In this document: positions 59,649 to 64,000 of the stretch, piece after piece
Numbering within the stretch: the first letter of the stretch is position 1
Layout: each line of letters opens with the position of its first letter
Position numbers and translations under genes: made by a program
Assembly: GCA_002313635.1 (NCBI GenBank)
Contig: DCBY01000005.1
Coordinates: 75,145 to 139,144 of the forward strand
Length of the DNA stretch: 64,000 nucleotides
Reading direction: 5' to 3'
DNA from: Fusobacteriia bacterium UBA1095
Lineage (GTDB): Bacteria; Fusobacteriota; Fusobacteriia; Bac17; UBA816
The notes under the pieces: model-generated
Seen by the model: only the letters and a program-made list of their open reading frames with translations
Databases searched by the model: none
Told to the model about the DNA's origin: nothing

Positions 59649-60400
59649 TTTAGCTTTCCAAAAACTATCCTACCAGCTTGTGTAGGATACGTAATCGTAG
59701 TGATAATTTTGACTTTCTCACCTATTTTAGAGGCTGCATTAAAAACTACGACCATAGTACCATCATCCAAATAACCTACCGCTTGATCTTCTTTGTCACC
59801 TTTTTTCAGTAATTCTATCTCAAGTTCTTCATTAGGAAGTATTATCTTTTTAAATGTATTTGATAGAGTATTTAAGTTAATCACTCTTATTGATTCTATT
59901 TCAGCAACTTTACTCAAATTGAAATCTGTTGTAACCAAAATAGCTTTTCTTTTTTTGGATAGCTTAACCAGCTTAGTATCAACATCTCTAATTCTGTAAT
60001 CAGCCTTATCTACCTTTACAACAACTCCTTTCATATTTTGAAGCTTTGTAACATTATCTAAAGCTCTTCTACCCTTAGCTCTTCTTTGATGATTACTAGA
60101 ATCAGAAAGCCTATGCAGTTCTCTTATGATAAACTTAGGTATCAAGAACGGACCTTCTAAAAAGCCTCTTTGAACTAAATCTATTATCCTACCATCAACA
60201 AAAGCACTGCTATCTACTATTTTGTATCGCTTCTTCATAAATCCAAAAGACCACAATAAAAAAAGTAAAATAGTAAAACTGACAAATACGGGTAAAATTT
60301 GAAAAAGCGCCATTGGAACTGCTAAAATCACTAATAAAGCAATAAACAAAAAAATCCCTAAAACAGTCATTAAAACTGAATATAAGCCAATAAAAATCAT
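59645..60400 (-). CDS. PIN/TRAM-domain membrane protein (YacL-like)
   Basis: It has N-terminal TM helices, then a PIN domain, then a C-terminal TRAM (GEKVKIITTITYPTQAGRIVFGKL). Confidence 0.7.
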   Translation of the reverse strand: MIFIGLYSVLMTVLGIFLFIALLVILAVPMALFQILPVFVSFTILLFLLWSFGFMKKRYKIVDSSAFVDGRIIDLVQRGFLEGPFLIPKFIIRELHRLSDSSNHQRRAKGRRALDNVTKLQNMKGVVVKVDKADYRIRDVDTKLVKLSKKRKAILVTTDFNLSKVAEIESIRVINLNTLSNTFKKIILPNEELEIELLKKGDKEDQAVGYLDDGTMVVVFNAASKIGEKVKIITTITYPTQAGRIVFGKLK

Positions 60401-60619
60401 GTCCTCTCCTTCACAAAACAGGCTCCCCTTTTACCAATAAGTCAGCTTATTAGGCATTAGAGAAAAAAATAATCACAAACCATATAAATACAAAAAAGCT
60501 AGGCCAGGAAAATAAAAACAAACTAATAAAATTCCTAGTATAGCGACTAATAAAAACATTCTAGCACGAATTTTTAAAGATTGATAAGTACCCAAATCTT
60601 CAATCTAAGAAATAAATTG

Positions 60620-60991
60620 TTAATCTTCTCTCAAAATTTTCAATACACCCCACAATATTAAAGCTAGTACATATATATTAACAACACCTAAAGAGATAAC
60701 ATATATGCCGTAAGGCATAGCTTCACCAAAAGCAGCAACAAGAACAGATAGTGCAATAAATTGATGGAAAGCAGCTGAAAACATTCTACCTCTGCTGAAC
60801 GCCTTGTAAGCAAGAAATACAAACAATAACACAACAATCGTACTTAAGGTAAAGTAAGCCATTGGAGATGCAGGCCAAATAATTTCACTTCCTATAAAAT
60901 TAACTAAGCTGGACATCATAGAAAATGCAAACCAAAGAGATCCGAATAGTACTACCCCTAAAAAAAGCCTACCTAAATAATTTAAAAACAT
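60620..60991 (-). CDS. Small 4-TM membrane protein, unknown function
   Basis: The 123-aa protein has four hydrophobic segments. Confidence 0.4.
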   Translation of the reverse strand: MFLNYLGRLFLGVVLFGSLWFAFSMMSSLVNFIGSEIIWPASPMAYFTLSTIVVLLFVFLAYKAFSRGRMFSAAFHQFIALSVLVAAFGEAMPYGIYVISLGVVNIYVLALILWGVLKILRED

Positions 60992-61042
60992 GATAACCCC
61001 TCTATCAGGGATTTTACCACATGAAAGATAAAGACAGCAAAT

Positions 61043-61753
61043 TTATTTGTTATACAGGATATATAACAAAATACCAGATGCAACTGCTACATTCAGTGAA
61101 TCTATATCTGTATCTATCTTTATACTATCAGATATAGCAAGAAATTTTTCTGAAATTCCATTGCTTTCATTCCCAAATATTAGCCCTATATTCCCCTCTA
61201 TACTCAAAGATTCTAAATTATTAGAAGTAGAATTAGAATCAGCAGCAAATAATCTGTATTTTTCACTTAATTCAACTAAATTCTCATCCCCTATTCTGCA
61301 TATCTTTAAATCCATTACTGCACCCATGCTTGCTCTAACAGACTTAGGCCCAAAAGGATCACAACATTTTTTAGTTAATATAAGACCTTTAAAACCAAAA
61401 GCCTTCATATTCCTAGCTATCGACCCTAAATTATTAGGGTTTTGAACTCCGTCTAAAATTACTACCCTATCAGGCATTTCATCCAAATTGCAATAATCAA
61501 AACTGAATAAAGAGATAACACCTTCTGAATTATCTAAAGCTGATATTTCTAAAAACAACTCTTTTGATAAAGGCGTCCCATCAAATTCTAAGCCTTCAAG
61601 ATAGAACCTATCCACAGAAGGCAATTGTAAAAATTTCTTACCTTCAGCTAAAAACAGACCCTCTTTGGATCGACCTTTCTTGGTAGTCAACCTTTTGAGA
61701 AGTTTGAATTTAGGATTTTGTCTACTAGTTATTATAAATTTATTCATCATCAC
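61043..61753 (-). CDS. TrmH/SpoU-family RNA 2'-O-methyltransferase
   Basis: It has SPOUT motifs (VILDGVQNPNNLGSIARN, GLIFGNESNGIS, NVAVASGILLY). Confidence 0.75.
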   Translation of the reverse strand: MMMNKFIITSRQNPKFKLLKRLTTKKGRSKEGLFLAEGKKFLQLPSVDRFYLEGLEFDGTPLSKELFLEISALDNSEGVISLFSFDYCNLDEMPDRVVILDGVQNPNNLGSIARNMKAFGFKGLILTKKCCDPFGPKSVRASMGAVMDLKICRIGDENLVELSEKYRLFAADSNSTSNNLESLSIEGNIGLIFGNESNGISEKFLAISDSIKIDTDIDSLNVAVASGILLYILYNK

Positions 61754-62009
61754 CTTTGTCTATAAAATTGGCAAAAGAAAATTTGTAATCAAATACATTA
61801 TACATTGTGTCTCTTCTGTACACTATCTTTATCTTCAAAATTTTATCATCAATTTTTTATATAATCTTCTTTTATCTTCAGAAATTCATCTATATCTTAT
61901 GATACATCTAGATGAACTTGTATCTCATGCCATTTTATCAACTAAAATGAGAATAGTTAACTTTTTGTTATAAAGTTCTTCTTTTTTATATCCTTATCTA
62001 TTACAAATA

Positions 62010-62385
62010 TTAATTATTATTATTATTTATTAAGCTGCACTACTATAATCGGTTAAATTTCTTTCCTCTTTCTTATATTTTTCTACCACTTCTCTTAGTT
62101 TGTCTCTTCCATCCATTATCTCTTTGTATAATATTGTCAATCTCTATTTCTTCATTCCAAGTTCTCTTCTCCTTAAATACTAGTTCTAATTTTCTTTTTT
62201 CTCTTTAAGTACTGCTAAGTCCACTAAATTTATGCTACTTTCATTCAACAACTTCTTTATTATACTTAAGCTTTCTAACCTGCCTAACTCTTTGTTGATG
62301 AATGAATTAAGCGTATGTTTTGTAACTGCCCGGTCAATTCTCATTTCCCCCTTTAAATCTCCTGGTCTGGGCTCATATTTCTAAA
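62010..62385 (-). pseudogene. Decayed remnant of the C-terminal domain of an ankyrin-family paralog
   Basis: Reverse-complement frames read ...INKELGRLESLSIIKKLLNESSINLVDLAVLKEKKEN*, then TWNEEIEIDNIIQRDNG..., then VEKYKKEERNL.., ending in an (AAT)5 poly-Asn tract. These are collinear with the C-termini of the 898..3522 and 62530.. genes but interrupted by stops and frameshifts. Confidence 0.5.
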
Positions 62386-62529
62386 TACCTCAACACTCTC
62401 TAAAGTCTAATTTTCACTTCCCCTCTGATTACCTAAATCTACAACATATCATACATTTCCCTAAATATCCCTTAGTCACATTTAACCTAACTGCCTGAAT
62501 GTTGTCTTAATCAATTATAACTTTTGCTA

Positions 62530-64000
62530 TTAATTATTATTAAATCTTTCACCCATATCTATCATTCCTTTCATAAAATAATTTCTAATTAATAATCTTT
62601 CAATTCTGTCATTCTCAGCTACCTCATCTAAATTAGCTCCTTCATTGTTTCTGACAATATGTACTAGTTGATCTATTGTAGCTTTCCAATTACCACTTAA
62701 ATTATTATTGATTCTTTTCTTTTTTGCATTCTCTAAAATTTCTCTGATACCTTCTTTTTTTATAATTTTTCTCTCTATAATTTTGATAAGACTAAGTAAT
62801 CTTGCTTTCTTTTCTGAAAGATAGTCTAAATGCAAAATTCTCTCTTTACGTTGTTTTAACTTTCTAATAATTGAAGATCCATCTAAATTACGGCCACTAC
62901 AATCGAAATCAGATCCGTAACTAACAAGTGTCTCAATAATGTGTTCATGATTAGGCATTATATAGTTAATTGCTTTACTTCCATGGACATCTACTGCATT
63001 TACCTCCGCACCTGCTTCTAAAAATAACTCACAAATTCTTTCATGTCCTCCACATGCCGAATAAGTTAGTGCTCCCCACCCATTATAATCCTGAACATTC
63101 ACTTCAGCACCTCTCTCAAGTAACAGCCTACATACCTCTCTATGGCCATTTTCTGAAGCGAACATTAGTGCTCTTTTACCATATTTATCTGCTAAATCTA
63201 CTTTAGCCCCTCTTTCTATTAATAATTCACACACTCCCCTGTGCCCTTTCTCTGAACTTAGCATTAACACTCCTTTTCCCTCCAGGTCTATTATATTAAT
63301 GTCTGCACCTTTATCTATCAGAAATTCACATATTTCTTCATGACCATTTTGGGCTGCATACATCAAAGCTACCCTTTTATTTAAATCTATCTTATTGATA
63401 GATGCTTTAATAGATGCTTCAATAGATGCTTCAGATACTTCAGATACTTCAGATGCTTCAATAGATGCTTCTTTTTCTAGTAATAATTCACATATCTCTT
63501 TGCAACCACTTTGCGCTGCTAACATCAGCGCTCTCAATCCATATTTACTTGATGAGTCTACTTTTGCTCCTGCTTCTAGTAGCAGTCTACATACAAATGT
63601 TCTCTTCTTCCAGGCCGCATACATCAATGGTCTCAAACCCTCCTCATCTTTTGCATCTATTTTCGCTCCTCTTTCCACTAGAAGTTCACATACTTCTTTA
63701 TATCCATTTTGAGCAGCATACATTAATACTGTTCTCTTATCATTGTCCATTGAATCTACTCGCACCCCTCTTTCTAACAGTAATTTGCACGTATCAACAC
63801 GGTTAAAATCTTCAAATATATAAATAGGCTCTTTACTAAAATCTACTAAATAAATTAAGGCCCCTCGCCCATTATTGTCTGTCGCATCTATTGCTGCTCC
63901 TTTTTCTAACAATAATTCATACACTTCTTCATGTCCACTTGTGGTAGCATACATCAATACCGTTTTACCATCATTGTCTACTGCATCTACTCTTGCCCCT
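62530..64000 (-). CDS. Ankyrin-repeat lipoprotein-family paralog (C-terminal part; the N-terminus lies beyond the window end)
   Basis: It has ANK units with the EVCELL signature. Its C-terminal domain is homologous to that of 898..3522 (NWKATIDQLVHIVRNNEGAN... vs EWKDAVDELVNKIVANEGDN...). The reading frame stays open to position 64000. Confidence 0.8.
   Translation of the reverse strand, partial: GARVDAVDNDGKTVLMYATTSGHEEVYELLLEKGAAIDATDNNGRGALIYLVDFSKEPIYIFEDFNRVDTCKLLLERGVRVDSMDNDKRTVLMYAAQNGYKEVCELLVERGAKIDAKDEEGLRPLMYAAWKKRTFVCRLLLEAGAKVDSSSKYGLRALMLAAQSGCKEICELLLEKEASIEASEVSEVSEASIEASIKASINKIDLNKRVALMYAAQNGHEEICEFLIDKGADINIIDLEGKGVLMLSSEKGHRGVCELLIERGAKVDLADKYGKRALMFASENGHREVCRLLLERGAEVNVQDYNGWGALTYSACGGHERICELFLEAGAEVNAVDVHGSKAINYIMPNHEHIIETLVSYGSDFDCSGRNLDGSSIIRKLKQRKERILHLDYLSEKKARLLSLIKIIERKIIKKEGIREILENAKKKRINNNLSGNWKATIDQLVHIVRNNEGANLDEVAENDRIERLLIRNYFMKGMIDMGERFNNN
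63397..63470 (-). repeat. In-frame short tandem repeat (12-nt ATAGATGCTTCA and 9-nt GATACTTCA units) inside the ankyrin gene
   Basis: The sequence gatagatgctttaatagatgcttcaatagatgcttcagatacttcagatacttcagatgcttcaatagatgcttc encodes ...SEVSEVSEASIEASIKASI... Confidence 0.75.

Noticed and set aside
61754-62009. About 250-bp ORF-free AT-rich stretch as a possible small RNA or mobile-element end
   Set aside because: There are no inverted terminal repeats, no target duplications and no conserved structure that I could see. It is best explained as a degraded intergenic region adjoining the ankyrin pseudogene remnant.

Overview
The window is an AT-rich (roughly 27-30% GC by eye) chromosomal segment from a diderm bacterium in which almost every gene (about 60 of 62) lies on the minus strand in tightly packed, often overlapping arrays. 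The housekeeping content is dnaN-gpsA-skp-bamA-tamB-mlaD-mlaF-rsmG-mnmG. This is followed by a lone plus-strand lipoprotein, then polC-trmD-rimM-rsmA, a large helical lipoprotein, a giant CPBP-family membrane protein, recG and yebC. Next come three tandem ankyrin-like lipoproteins, a family-4 uracil-DNA glycosylase, a plus-strand MFS transporter, spoVS-like, trxB and a glutaredoxin-like gene. A complete F1Fo ATP synthase operon (atpI-B-E-F-H-A-G-D-C) follows; its c subunit carries a Na+-binding signature. The remainder is ctpA, tlyA, a DUF212 protein, a secreted HExxH protein, RNase J, a MiaB-family methylthiotransferase, rsmE, ruvB, ptsH-ptsI, a small outer-membrane protein, tRNA-Cys(GCA), a truncated holB, cysS, a PIN/TRAM protein and a TrmH-family methyltransferase. 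Both window edges and the middle are occupied by a multi-copy family of lipidated ankyrin-repeat proteins. The left edge has two tandem paralogs with duplicated promoters and highly identical 99-bp intragenic repeats. The middle has three divergent tandem members. The right edge has one member plus a decayed pseudogene remnant. Other notable items are a Skp/OmpH protein built from three tandem Skp modules, an mlaF-mlaD pair without mlaE, a truncated ATP synthase epsilon, and PolC co-occurring with BamA/TamB. I found no CRISPR array, no transposase and no clear prophage. Taxon assignment is uncertain: the ankyrin expansion and tlyA are Brachyspira-like, while PolC plus a Na+-type F-ATPase fit Fusobacteria or Firmicutes-like diderms.
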